Source: Candidatus Pseudothioglobus aerophilus
GTDB lineage: Bacteria; Pseudomonadota; Gammaproteobacteria; PS1; Pseudothioglobaceae
Length of the DNA: 64,000 bases
Assembly (NCBI GenBank): GCA_014384565.1
Contig: JACNFO010000039.1
Span: forward strand, 623-64,622
Reading direction: 5' to 3'
The notes below the pieces were generated by a model. That model was not told where the DNA came from and ran no database searches. It saw only the letters and a list, made by a program, of their open reading frames with translations. The translations under genes were made by a program, and so were the position numbers. Shown here piece after piece: positions 32,077 to 40,646 of this stretch. The first letter of the stretch is position 1. Each line of letters starts with the position of its first letter.

Positions 32077-32919
32077 TTAAAGAATTAGTTTCTTTTCATT
32101 AGGCTCTAAGTTAGCGTAGTTCCATAACATTTTTCCAGAAACATGCTTTTGCATTTTCTCAACGCCTCTAGGAGTCTTCATACCATAAAGGGCCAATTTC
32201 TCTGTTAGGTAACGAACATCAAGCTCTGTCATATCAGCCTGCACGCAGTCAACACCAAGCTCTTCAACCTCACCGCCAACATAAATAGTGCCGTCATACA
32301 TAGAGTCACCTAAGTTCATTCCAGCATCACCTAAAACAATCATACGACCACGCTGCATCATGAATCCAGAAAATGCACCTGTCTTACCGCCGACAATAAT
32401 TGTGCCGCCCTTCTGATCAATACCAGTACGAGCGCCAACACTGCCTTTACAGACAAGATCACCGCCACGAATAGCAGCGCCAAAAGTAGAACCAGCATTT
32501 TTGTCAATGACAACAGTACCCGCCATCATGTTTTCTGCACACGACCAACCGACACGACCTTTAATATGGACATTAGGTCCATCAATTAAGCCGCAACCAA
32601 AGTAACCTAAACTATCTGAGAAAGTTAAGTTAAGTCTGTTTAAGATGCCAACGCCAACTCCATGCCTAGACATAGGGTTATCAACAGTAATATCACCAAT
32701 ACCTTTTTCCATTAGCTCTCTGATTTCACGATTAATCTCTCTTGGCGTCATGTCAAGTGCGTCAATCGTTGCACTCTTAGAAGTGTCAACATCAAATGAG
32801 TGGAAATATGTTAAATTTTCACTTTCGTCAATAGAGAAGAATTTTTTCTGCGTTCTTCCTTTTAACTGCTCGTCGTGAAGTCCCATCTCCTGGGACGTTT
32901 CCTTCCTTAGTTCTGCCAT
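32077..32919 (-). CDS. mgsB: N-methylglutamate synthase GXGXG subunit (MgsB/GlxC-like), with about 50 aa N-terminal extension
   Basis: GltB-C/FwdC beta-helix repeats (AENMMAG, GARTGI..KGG, GDAG..LGDSMY). Confidence 0.8.
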   Translation of the reverse strand: MAELRKETSQEMGLHDEQLKGRTQKKFFSIDESENLTYFHSFDVDTSKSATIDALDMTPREINREIRELMEKGIGDITVDNPMSRHGVGVGILNRLNLTFSDSLGYFGCGLIDGPNVHIKGRVGWSCAENMMAGTVVIDKNAGSTFGAAIRGGDLVCKGSVGARTGIDQKGGTIIVGGKTGAFSGFMMQRGRMIVLGDAGMNLGDSMYDGTIYVGGEVEELGVDCVQADMTELDVRYLTEKLALYGMKTPRGVEKMQKHVSGKMLWNYANLEPNEKKLIL

Positions 32920-33845
32920 ACTTTTACCTCTCCGTGATAGGGGTCAAATGTCTCAATACGATGGTCAAATAAAGTTCTAATTGCAACCTCTTCAGAAGCT
33001 AGTGCAATCATATCTTCACCTTCGTATACAACCATTGGTTTTGCAGCCATAACATCCTTGGCCATACCAAGTTGATCTTTAGTTGCAACCAAATATGTGA
33101 AAACGCCATCAAGGTAATCTATTGAACCTTTCATAGCAGTTTCTAAATCGTCACCTTGGCTCATTCTATCGGCAAGATAAACGGCAATAAGTTCTGAGTC
33201 GCAGTTCGATGAAAAACGGTGGCCAGAGCGCTCAAGTGATCGTCTATTTGTCCAATAGTTTGTAAGCTGCCCGTTATGAACTACTGCAACGTCACTAAAG
33301 GGATATGCCCAGTAAGGGTGTGCCGAGCGAATATCTACGTCAGACTCGGTCGCCATCCTGGTATGTCCAATTCCGTGAGTGCCATTAAAGTCATTTAAGC
33401 CGTACTGATCAGAAACTACCGATGCATCTCCTAAGTCTTTAACTAACTCAAGTGAGTTACCGATAGATAAAATTTCAACGCCTTCAACATCTTCAACAAA
33501 GTCGGCAACTTTTTTCATGTCACCTGAAAACTCTACCTCATAACGATGGGCATACTCAGTTGGGCTCTCTTTCTTTACAACCTTAACACCTAACTCAGTA
33601 AGTCTTGAGTTGACTGTCTCCAAGCGATCTTTGATAGTCGCATGGATATCATAGCTTCCTTCTAGATCAGCAGCCTCAGCAACCTTAAATCTTAATATTT
33701 GATTTCCATTGTCTTTGCCGTACATTGCATATCCAGTTGAGTCTGGACCTCTATGCTTTAAAGCCTGTAGCATTGAAGTCATCTGCTGACCAATGTTTAC
33801 GCCTTTTCCAGCTTTTTTATGAATAATTCCTGCTATTCCGCACAT
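32907..33845 (-). CDS. mgsA: N-methylglutamate synthase class II amidotransferase subunit (MgsA/GlxB-like)
   Basis: N-terminal MCGIAG nucleophile, HRGPDS, GHTRMAT, HNGQLTN, DSE. Confidence 0.8.
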   Translation of the reverse strand: MCGIAGIIHKKAGKGVNIGQQMTSMLQALKHRGPDSTGYAMYGKDNGNQILRFKVAEAADLEGSYDIHATIKDRLETVNSRLTELGVKVVKKESPTEYAHRYEVEFSGDMKKVADFVEDVEGVEILSIGNSLELVKDLGDASVVSDQYGLNDFNGTHGIGHTRMATESDVDIRSAHPYWAYPFSDVAVVHNGQLTNYWTNRRSLERSGHRFSSNCDSELIAVYLADRMSQGDDLETAMKGSIDYLDGVFTYLVATKDQLGMAKDVMAAKPMVVYEGEDMIALASEEVAIRTLFDHRIETFDPYHGEVKVWQN

Positions 33846-33866
33846 AAAATAATCTCCCTTTTCCCG

Positions 33867-33892
33867 AAAAATTGCCCACCGTTAAGTGGGCA
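33867..33892 (-). terminator. Intra-operon hairpin between the GS-like gene and mgsA
   Basis: TGCCCAC-N6-GTGGGCA perfect stem, followed on the minus strand by ATTTTT. Confidence 0.5.
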
Positions 33893-33919
33893 CTCTAAAA
33901 ACCTTAAAAAAACTTAGCC

Positions 33920-35395
33920 CTATGGCAAGCAATCTATGTAAGTCTCTAAATCCCAATCTGTAACTGTGGCATTAAATTTTTCCCATTCATCCGTCTTATA
34001 ATGATGAAAAACTTTGTACATCTCATTTGGCATCGATGATTTAATTACGTCATCATTTTCTAGCTCATTTAATGCCTCACCTAAGGACATAGGAAGCTTC
34101 TTGACTTGCTTTCCTGCCTCCATCGCTGCATAGATATTACGCTCTTCAGGCTCACCGGCATCAAGGTTATTATCAATACCGTCACCCATCGCCTTTAACA
34201 GCGCTGATCCCATTAAGTAAGGGTTAACCATTGAGTCCACAGAGCGGTATTCAAAACGGCCTGGCGCAGAAACGCGAAGTGCACAAGTACGGTTTTGATA
34301 ACCCCAGTCTGCAAAAATTGGCGCCCAAAAGCCAGTATCCCAAAGACGGCGATACGAGTTCACAGTAGAAGAGCCGATTGAAGTTAGTGCGGGTAGATGC
34401 TTAATAACGCCGCCAATTGACTGAAGTCCAATTGGACCAGGCATCTTTTCATCGATTGAAGGGTCCGGCATAAATGTGTTCTTGCCGCCCTCTTTATACA
34501 TAAAGTTACCAGGCATTCCTGGAAGCTCTCCATCACCAGCAATTTCTGGATGGAATACGTCTTTGCCGCCTTCCCATAATGACATATTATGGTGACAACC
34601 TGATGCAGATACTCCCATAAAAGGCTTACTCATAAAGCATGCAATTAAACCAAACTCACGAGCAACTTGCGCACAAATTTGTCGATAAGTCGTCAATCGG
34701 TCTGCATTTCTTAATACATCGTCAAACTGAGTATTAAGCTCTAATTGACCCGGGGCATCTTCGTGGTCACCTTGAATAATATCAAGACCCATCTGCTCTG
34801 AATACTCTATAACTTTCATAAAGACAGGACGCAACTCTTCAAACTGGTCAATGTGATAGCAGTTTGGCTTTGTTACTCCGCCGTTTGGCTGACCATCTTC
34901 ACCGCGCTTTAGCCACATCATTTCTGGCTCCGTGCCGCATCTCATATCTAACCCATACTGGTCTTGGAATTCTTTGTGTTGTCTGTATAAGTTGCCACGA
35001 CAATCTGACGTTAACGCTTCGCCTGGATTTTCACGTTCTTCACGGTTCCTGTAAAGTCTACAAAAAACGCGCGCTACTCTCTTATCCCATGGAAGCTGAC
35101 AAAAAGTCTCAGGATCTGGAATACCTACAAGCTCTGAAGATTCAGGGCCGTAACCAATATAGTCACCGTGACGGTCTACAAATAAGTTGGCTGTTGAGCC
35201 GTATACTAGTTGAAATCCTTTTTCAGCTAATCTCTCCCAGTGGCGGGCAGGAATACCTTTACCTACAATGCGCCCTGTAACTGAAACAAATTGATAATAT
35301 ACATATGTAACGCCCAATGCTTCGATTTTAGCCTTGACTTCTTTTACAAGTTTGTCGCGTCCGGGCTCGTTAACGTGTTGTTCTAAATCTGTCAT
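33920..35395 (-). CDS. gmaS: Glutamine synthetase-family protein, probable gamma-glutamyl-(methyl)amide synthetase (GmaS-like, divergent)
   Basis: GTEPE, HEDAPGQLE, FMSKPF, GCHHNMS, NSYRRL, NRTCALR, FEYR, NPYL. Function inferred from position before mgsABC. Confidence 0.7.
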   Translation of the reverse strand: MTDLEQHVNEPGRDKLVKEVKAKIEALGVTYVYYQFVSVTGRIVGKGIPARHWERLAEKGFQLVYGSTANLFVDRHGDYIGYGPESSELVGIPDPETFCQLPWDKRVARVFCRLYRNREERENPGEALTSDCRGNLYRQHKEFQDQYGLDMRCGTEPEMMWLKRGEDGQPNGGVTKPNCYHIDQFEELRPVFMKVIEYSEQMGLDIIQGDHEDAPGQLELNTQFDDVLRNADRLTTYRQICAQVAREFGLIACFMSKPFMGVSASGCHHNMSLWEGGKDVFHPEIAGDGELPGMPGNFMYKEGGKNTFMPDPSIDEKMPGPIGLQSIGGVIKHLPALTSIGSSTVNSYRRLWDTGFWAPIFADWGYQNRTCALRVSAPGRFEYRSVDSMVNPYLMGSALLKAMGDGIDNNLDAGEPEERNIYAAMEAGKQVKKLPMSLGEALNELENDDVIKSSMPNEMYKVFHHYKTDEWEKFNATVTDWDLETYIDCLP

Positions 35396-35499
35396 TTAAT
35401 CTCTCCGAAAAAATAAAAAAAATCTCTATTAAAGATTTACCCCCTAAGCATGCTTTTATTTTGATTCGTAAGATATAAACCAAAACAGAAACACTAATG

Positions 35500-35588
35500 A
35501 ATTTGCTGCCGTTTTAGAAATAGAGGTCAAATAAATTACTATATAAATGACTCTTTTTGACTCCAAATAGATGGAGTAACAGCAAATT
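35500..35588 (-). ncRNA. Candidate structured 5' leader (three-stem junction) of the GS-like/mgs operon
   Basis: AATTTGCTG/CAGCAAATT 9-bp closing stem encloses two hairpins (ACTCCA/TGGAGT and AGAGTCA/TGACCTCT); it starts right after the predicted promoter. Confidence 0.35.
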
Positions 35589-35596
35589 AAAGTTTG

Positions 35597-35626
35597 AGTA
35601 TACGCCTAATGATATTCCATTGTCAA
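35597..35626 (-). promoter_or_regulatory. Near-consensus sigma70 promoter for the GS-like/mgsABC operon
   Basis: Minus strand TTGACA-N18-TATACT(CAAA). Confidence 0.7.
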
Positions 35627-35776
35627 GAAATTTTATTGATTATAAAGAAATATAATAAAGTGTTGATTTTCTTCTAATTAATTGCAGTAAAACAAGAAAA
35701 AAGTTTGAATTTAGAGTGGGTTTAGGGAAAGATAATTTTGAAAAAAAAGTCAAAATTATTAGGACTTAAAAGTAAA

Positions 35777-36427
35777 CTAATCCGAATTATTTGAGCAGAT
35801 AACGGTTAGAAACTGGCACTCATCACTGATGATTTTTTTAGGGCCATGTGGCTTATCAGAATCAAAGTATATCGAGTCACCCTTCTGGAAGTGATATATC
35901 TTGGTACCGTAGTAATAATCCATTTCACCTTTGAGCATATAAATAAACTCAACCCCTTTATGCTGAAAGTCAGGAAAATCATAATCTCTTGAAGTTACCG
36001 TAATAAGGCAGGGCTCTACTTTAAGAGAGCCGCTCACGTTGTGACCGAGTAATTGGTAGTGCCTACTTTCATCGGAGCCCGCCCTCTCTATTGTCAAACC
36101 ATTACCTGATTTAATAAAGGTTGGCTCTACGTCTTTATCATGCTGTTTAAATAGTGACGTAATTGAAATATTAAGGGCGTGACAAATCAACTGAATTGTT
36201 TTTAAGGAGGCGCTAATTTGACCATTCTCAATTTTTGAGAGCATGCTTGCAGATAATAGTGATTGCTTTGAGAGTTGCTGCAAAGTAACGCCAGCACTTT
36301 TTCGAGAAATTCTGACTTGCTTTCCAATCGAGGCCTCTAGCTGTTTATCCGTGCCAAAACTGGGAAGATTTTTGTTAACTATGGATACGCTTTGTTCTAT
36401 TTGCGCAGTATTTATAATTGAAGACAT
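35777..36427 (-). CDS. XRE-family HTH + cupin transcriptional regulator
   Basis: TLQQLSKQSLLSASMLSKIENGQISASL HTH; cupin FQHKGVEFIYMLKGE...GDSIYFDSDKPH. Confidence 0.87.
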   Translation of the reverse strand: MSSIINTAQIEQSVSIVNKNLPSFGTDKQLEASIGKQVRISRKSAGVTLQQLSKQSLLSASMLSKIENGQISASLKTIQLICHALNISITSLFKQHDKDVEPTFIKSGNGLTIERAGSDESRHYQLLGHNVSGSLKVEPCLITVTSRDYDFPDFQHKGVEFIYMLKGEMDYYYGTKIYHFQKGDSIYFDSDKPHGPKKIISDECQFLTVICSNNSD

Positions 36428-36520
36428 GAATTAATAATTTACTTAGAATAAATAAAATTACACTATAAAGAAAATTATATTATCACAAAAATAACTACTT
36501 AATTAAATGAATTGTTGCTT

Positions 36521-37537
36521 TTAGGACCTTGAGCGTCTACTTCTGCGCTCTTTAGTAGGCTTTGAGTCATCACCTTCAAAGATGGCTCTGGAGCCATCCG
36601 ACATCACTCCAACACGCCTTTCAATTTCAGCTAAAGTTGGCGCCGCGGTTACTTGATGCTGATCCATTGCTTTACGCATTGCCCTCACATGGGCGTAAGT
36701 TGTTCCGCAGCATCCACCAATAATTTTTGCGCCAGAGTTCATTGCAATTTGAACGTACTCAGCCATTAACTCCTCTGTTCCAGAATAAAGAATTTTTCCA
36801 TCATGAAACTCAGGAATGCCGCAGTTTGCTTTTGAAATTACAACCGTACCGGATTCAACATTTCGAGATATGTCATTAATTGTTGCTAATATATCGGGAG
36901 CACCAACACCGCAATTTGCCCCAAACCCCGAAAGGTTAAGCTCTTTTACTCTAAGGGCAAGATTTGCAGGAGTAATGCCCATCATGGTTTTACCTGCAGT
37001 ATCAAAACTCATAGTTGCGCAGACTGGCAAACCAATCCCTCTAACGGCATCAAGAGCGGCCTCTAACTCTTCCATTGAGTACATAGTTTCCAGCCACAAA
37101 ACGTCAACGCCTCCCTCAGCGAGACCTTCCGCTTGCGCTTTAAAAGCTTCCGTTGCTTCAGCTGAGGTCATTAAGCCGTGAGGCTCAATCATTTCACCTG
37201 TTGGCCCCATTGATCCTGCAACAATGACTAAGCGATCTGCATGATCTGCAACCTCTCTTGCAACACTACCAGCAGCTTTATTGAGTTCAAACACTCGGCT
37301 TTCAAGGTTGTGGAGTTTGAGCCTAAAAGATGTGCCACCGAAACTATTGGTTAAAAATAAGTCAGAGCCTGCATCAACAAAGCCTTGATGAAGAGAGCGG
37401 ATTCTGTCTCTATGATCTAAATTCCAAGGCTCAGGTGGGTCTCCTGTCTCTAGCCCCATTGCAAATAAGTTCGTGCCCGTTGCGCCATCTGCAAGGATAT
37501 GTTCTTTGTCTTGAAGGATTTTTAAAAAATTGTTCAT
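36521..37537 (-). CDS. Stand-alone homocysteine S-methyltransferase domain (Bmt / split-MetH N-terminal type)
   Basis: LADGATGT, TNSFGG, AGSMGPTG, W.ETM, GANCG and GGCCGT zinc ligands. Confidence 0.8.
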   Translation of the reverse strand: MNNFLKILQDKEHILADGATGTNLFAMGLETGDPPEPWNLDHRDRIRSLHQGFVDAGSDLFLTNSFGGTSFRLKLHNLESRVFELNKAAGSVAREVADHADRLVIVAGSMGPTGEMIEPHGLMTSAEATEAFKAQAEGLAEGGVDVLWLETMYSMEELEAALDAVRGIGLPVCATMSFDTAGKTMMGITPANLALRVKELNLSGFGANCGVGAPDILATINDISRNVESGTVVISKANCGIPEFHDGKILYSGTEELMAEYVQIAMNSGAKIIGGCCGTTYAHVRAMRKAMDQHQVTAAPTLAEIERRVGVMSDGSRAIFEGDDSKPTKERRSRRSRS

Positions 37538-37949
37538 TAAACTAATTAGAAGAGATATTAGATAGTTTTTTTGTGTATTCTAGATCGTATTATACAAGAC
37601 CTTAAATAATTTCAATTTTAAGAAATTAAATCTAGAATTAGTATAATTCATATAACAATATTCTATTAGAAATTTATTAAATAGAAAATTTTTTACAATT
37701 GTAATTTGAATTCATTTTGAATTGTAAGATTTATTGCAAGAATAGTAATTATTTATTTTAATAATTAACTACTGACAGGTCCCATTCTCTATATAATTTC
37801 AAGTTAAATATTTAAGTCACAAAGTGTGAATATTTTGATGTCAAAGCAAGTACCAAATTGCAGGCTATTAATTAGCAATATAACTGACTTTGTTCAGTCA
37901 AAAATAATTTTAACATCCCTCCTCCCTCTCCCCTTAATTCTGCAGAATA

Positions 37950-40646
37950 ATGAGTAAAAATTCTAGCTCACACGATGATGTGATAAATCGCTTTATTGAT
38001 TATGGTGAAAACAATTTTGAATCAAACACCATCACTAAAGTAGTCAGTCAAAGCGCGGCTCAGCTTGGTGTTCTTCGGTTAATTTATGCCTTTCGGTTTT
38101 CAGGTCACCTAAGAGCAAGGCTAGACCCTTTAGGAAGACCTAGGCACCACTCAACACCTCCATTCACTCTTGAAGAGTTCGGCTTAAGTGATGCGGACTT
38201 GGATAAGACTTTTGATATGGGATCTTATCAAGGACCAAACTGCAACACTTTAAGAGATCTTTTTACTTCTCTTAATAAAATATATTGCAGCAGTCTTGGT
38301 GTTGAGTATATGCATATTTCGAATATTGAAGAGCGAAAGTGGGTTCAAACTAAAGTTGAAACCATGTCCTTGAATATCCAACAAGACCCAGAGTATAAAA
38401 AATGGATACTCCAAAGGTTGACCGCAGCCGAAGTGTTCGAAAAATTTCTACACAATCAATATGTGGGTCAAAAACGTTTTTCTTTAGAGGGAAGTGATAC
38501 TCTTATCCCACTTCTAAATGTCCTTATTGCCCACTCAGGAAATCATTCAATCAAGAGAGTTTGTCTTGGTATGGCTCATAGAGGACGCCTTAATGTTCTA
38601 ATCAATATCCTTGGCAAACGTGCTGAGAATCTATTTAAAGAATTTGCTGGAGAGATTGGGCTTGGAAAGAATCAAACAGGTGACGTTAAATATCACCAAG
38701 GCTTTTCTTCAGACGTCAAAACAGACAAAGAGGATGTTCATCTCGCGCTCATGTTTAACCCTTCTCACCTTGAACTCGTGAACCCAGTGATTGAGGGTTA
38801 TGCTCGCTATCATCAGGATAAGAATGAAGACTCCGAGCGTCAACAAATTCTGCCGGTTCTTATCCATGGAGATGCCGCTTTTTCTGGCCAAGGAATCGTG
38901 ATGGAGACCTTAAACATGTCTCAGTCTGGAGGATACAGAACTCTAGGAACAGTTCATATTATTATTAATAATCAAATTGGATTCACAACCAGCAAACAAG
39001 ATGATGCTCGATCGACCAGCTACTGTACAGACGTTGTCAAGATGATCAATGCGCCGGTATTTCATGTCAACGCTGAAGATCCAGAAATGGTTAGCTTTAT
39101 TACTCGGTTAGCACTTGATTACCGAATGAGGTATAAAAAAGATGTGGTTATTGATCTAATGTGCTACAGACGTCATGGCCACAATGAAGCTGATGAGCCA
39201 GCAGTGACTCAGCCTTTGATGTATGAATTAATTCGTAAAATGCCCACGACAAGGACAAATTATGCAGCCACTCTTATGAAGGATGGTGTCTTGAATCAGT
39301 CGGAAGTTGACTCAATGATTAGTGATTATCGCAAAGAGCTAAAAGCGGGTGAGAGAGTAGCCTACAATATTATTGAACCAAAAAATAAACGAGCTTGGGA
39401 AATGCTATGGGAAGATTATTTTGACGCCTCATGGGAGGCTCCTTATGAATCTGCTATTACCCATAATAAAATTAAGAAACTGAATAAAAAGCTTCAACAA
39501 GTGCCCGATAACTTTGAAGTACACCCGCGCGTTAAAAAGATGATGTCGGATAGGCAAAAGATGGCTGATGGAAAAATTAATGCCGATTGGGGGTTTGCTG
39601 AAACTCTAGCCTACGCTAGTCTTACTGACTTTGGAACGCCTATTAGACTTTCAGGTCAAGACTCAGGAAGAGGGACATTCTTCCACCGTAACGCAGTACT
39701 TCACAATCAGCTAGTAAATGAAGACTACACGCCGCTGCAAAACATTAGTAAAAAACAAGGGAAAGTGCAAATTATTGACTCAATTCTATCAGAGGAGGCG
39801 GCTCTCGGCTTTGAATATGGCTATGCTACCGCAAACCCTGAATCACTGGTTATTTGGGAAGCTCAGTTTGGCGATTTTGTCAATGGCGCTCAAGCCATTA
39901 TTGATCAATTTATTGCCTCAGGCGAAGCTAAATGGGGACGCCTATCAAACCTAGTTATGCTTCTCCCTCACGGACTTGAAGGCCAAGGGCCAGAGCACTC
40001 ATCTGCACGGCTTGAGCGCTTCCTTCAGCTTTGTGCCAGTCACAATATGCAGGTCTGCGTGCCGTCAACTGCGTCGCAAATATTTCATTTGATGAGGCGT
40101 CAAATATTAAGAAAATTTAGAGCACCTCTAATCATCATGTCGCCAAAAAGTCTCTTAAGAAACCCGCTAGCAGCTTCACCTTTACACAAGTTTACTGAAG
40201 GCAGATTTAGAGATGTTTACGAAGAGCAATATGACAACATCAAGCCCAAGAAAGTTGACCGCATTATTATGTGTAGTGGCAAAATATTTTATGAATTATT
40301 AACGCGACGTCAAGATGAGCAGCTTAATAATGTTGCAATTCTTAGGCTTGAGCAGCTCTACCCATTCCCAGAAGAGCAGCTCATGAAAGAGCTCTTAAAA
40401 TTTCCAAAAGTAAAGGATATAGTATGGTGTCAGGAAGAGCCAATTAACCAAGGCGCGTGGTACACTTCCAGGCATAATTTTATGGAAAGTATAGCCAAAG
40501 GTCAAACCCTTCATGTTGTTGCGAGAGACCTTTATGCAGCGCCTGCAGAAGGAAGCATTAGGCAGCACAACATTAACCAAAGCTACATCATTGAAAAAGC
40601 GTTAGGTATTCAAACTATGAGTACTTCCAGGAGCATTAAAAAATGA
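37950..40646 (+). CDS. sucA: 2-oxoglutarate dehydrogenase E1, N-terminally shortened
   Basis: [61 protein letters not shown]. Confidence 0.96.
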   Translation: MSKNSSSHDDVINRFIDYGENNFESNTITKVVSQSAAQLGVLRLIYAFRFSGHLRARLDPLGRPRHHSTPPFTLEEFGLSDADLDKTFDMGSYQGPNCNTLRDLFTSLNKIYCSSLGVEYMHISNIEERKWVQTKVETMSLNIQQDPEYKKWILQRLTAAEVFEKFLHNQYVGQKRFSLEGSDTLIPLLNVLIAHSGNHSIKRVCLGMAHRGRLNVLINILGKRAENLFKEFAGEIGLGKNQTGDVKYHQGFSSDVKTDKEDVHLALMFNPSHLELVNPVIEGYARYHQDKNEDSERQQILPVLIHGDAAFSGQGIVMETLNMSQSGGYRTLGTVHIIINNQIGFTTSKQDDARSTSYCTDVVKMINAPVFHVNAEDPEMVSFITRLALDYRMRYKKDVVIDLMCYRRHGHNEADEPAVTQPLMYELIRKMPTTRTNYAATLMKDGVLNQSEVDSMISDYRKELKAGERVAYNIIEPKNKRAWEMLWEDYFDASWEAPYESAITHNKIKKLNKKLQQVPDNFEVHPRVKKMMSDRQKMADGKINADWGFAETLAYASLTDFGTPIRLSGQDSGRGTFFHRNAVLHNQLVNEDYTPLQNISKKQGKVQIIDSILSEEAALGFEYGYATANPESLVIWEAQFGDFVNGAQAIIDQFIASGEAKWGRLSNLVMLLPHGLEGQGPEHSSARLERFLQLCASHNMQVCVPSTASQIFHLMRRQILRKFRAPLIIMSPKSLLRNPLAASPLHKFTEGRFRDVYEEQYDNIKPKKVDRIIMCSGKIFYELLTRRQDEQLNNVAILRLEQLYPFPEEQLMKELLKFPKVKDIVWCQEEPINQGAWYTSRHNFMESIAKGQTLHVVARDLYAAPAEGSIRQHNINQSYIIEKALGIQTMSTSRSIKK

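Noticed and set aside
33920-35395. Calling the GS-family gene the housekeeping glnA
   Set aside because: It lacks GSI N-terminal and adenylylation-loop motifs and sits directly before mgsABC-like genes.
37838-37957. 39-codon upstream ORF (MSKQVPNC...) as the frameshifted SucA N-terminus
   Set aside because: No resemblance to the conserved SucA N-terminal motif and no RBS.
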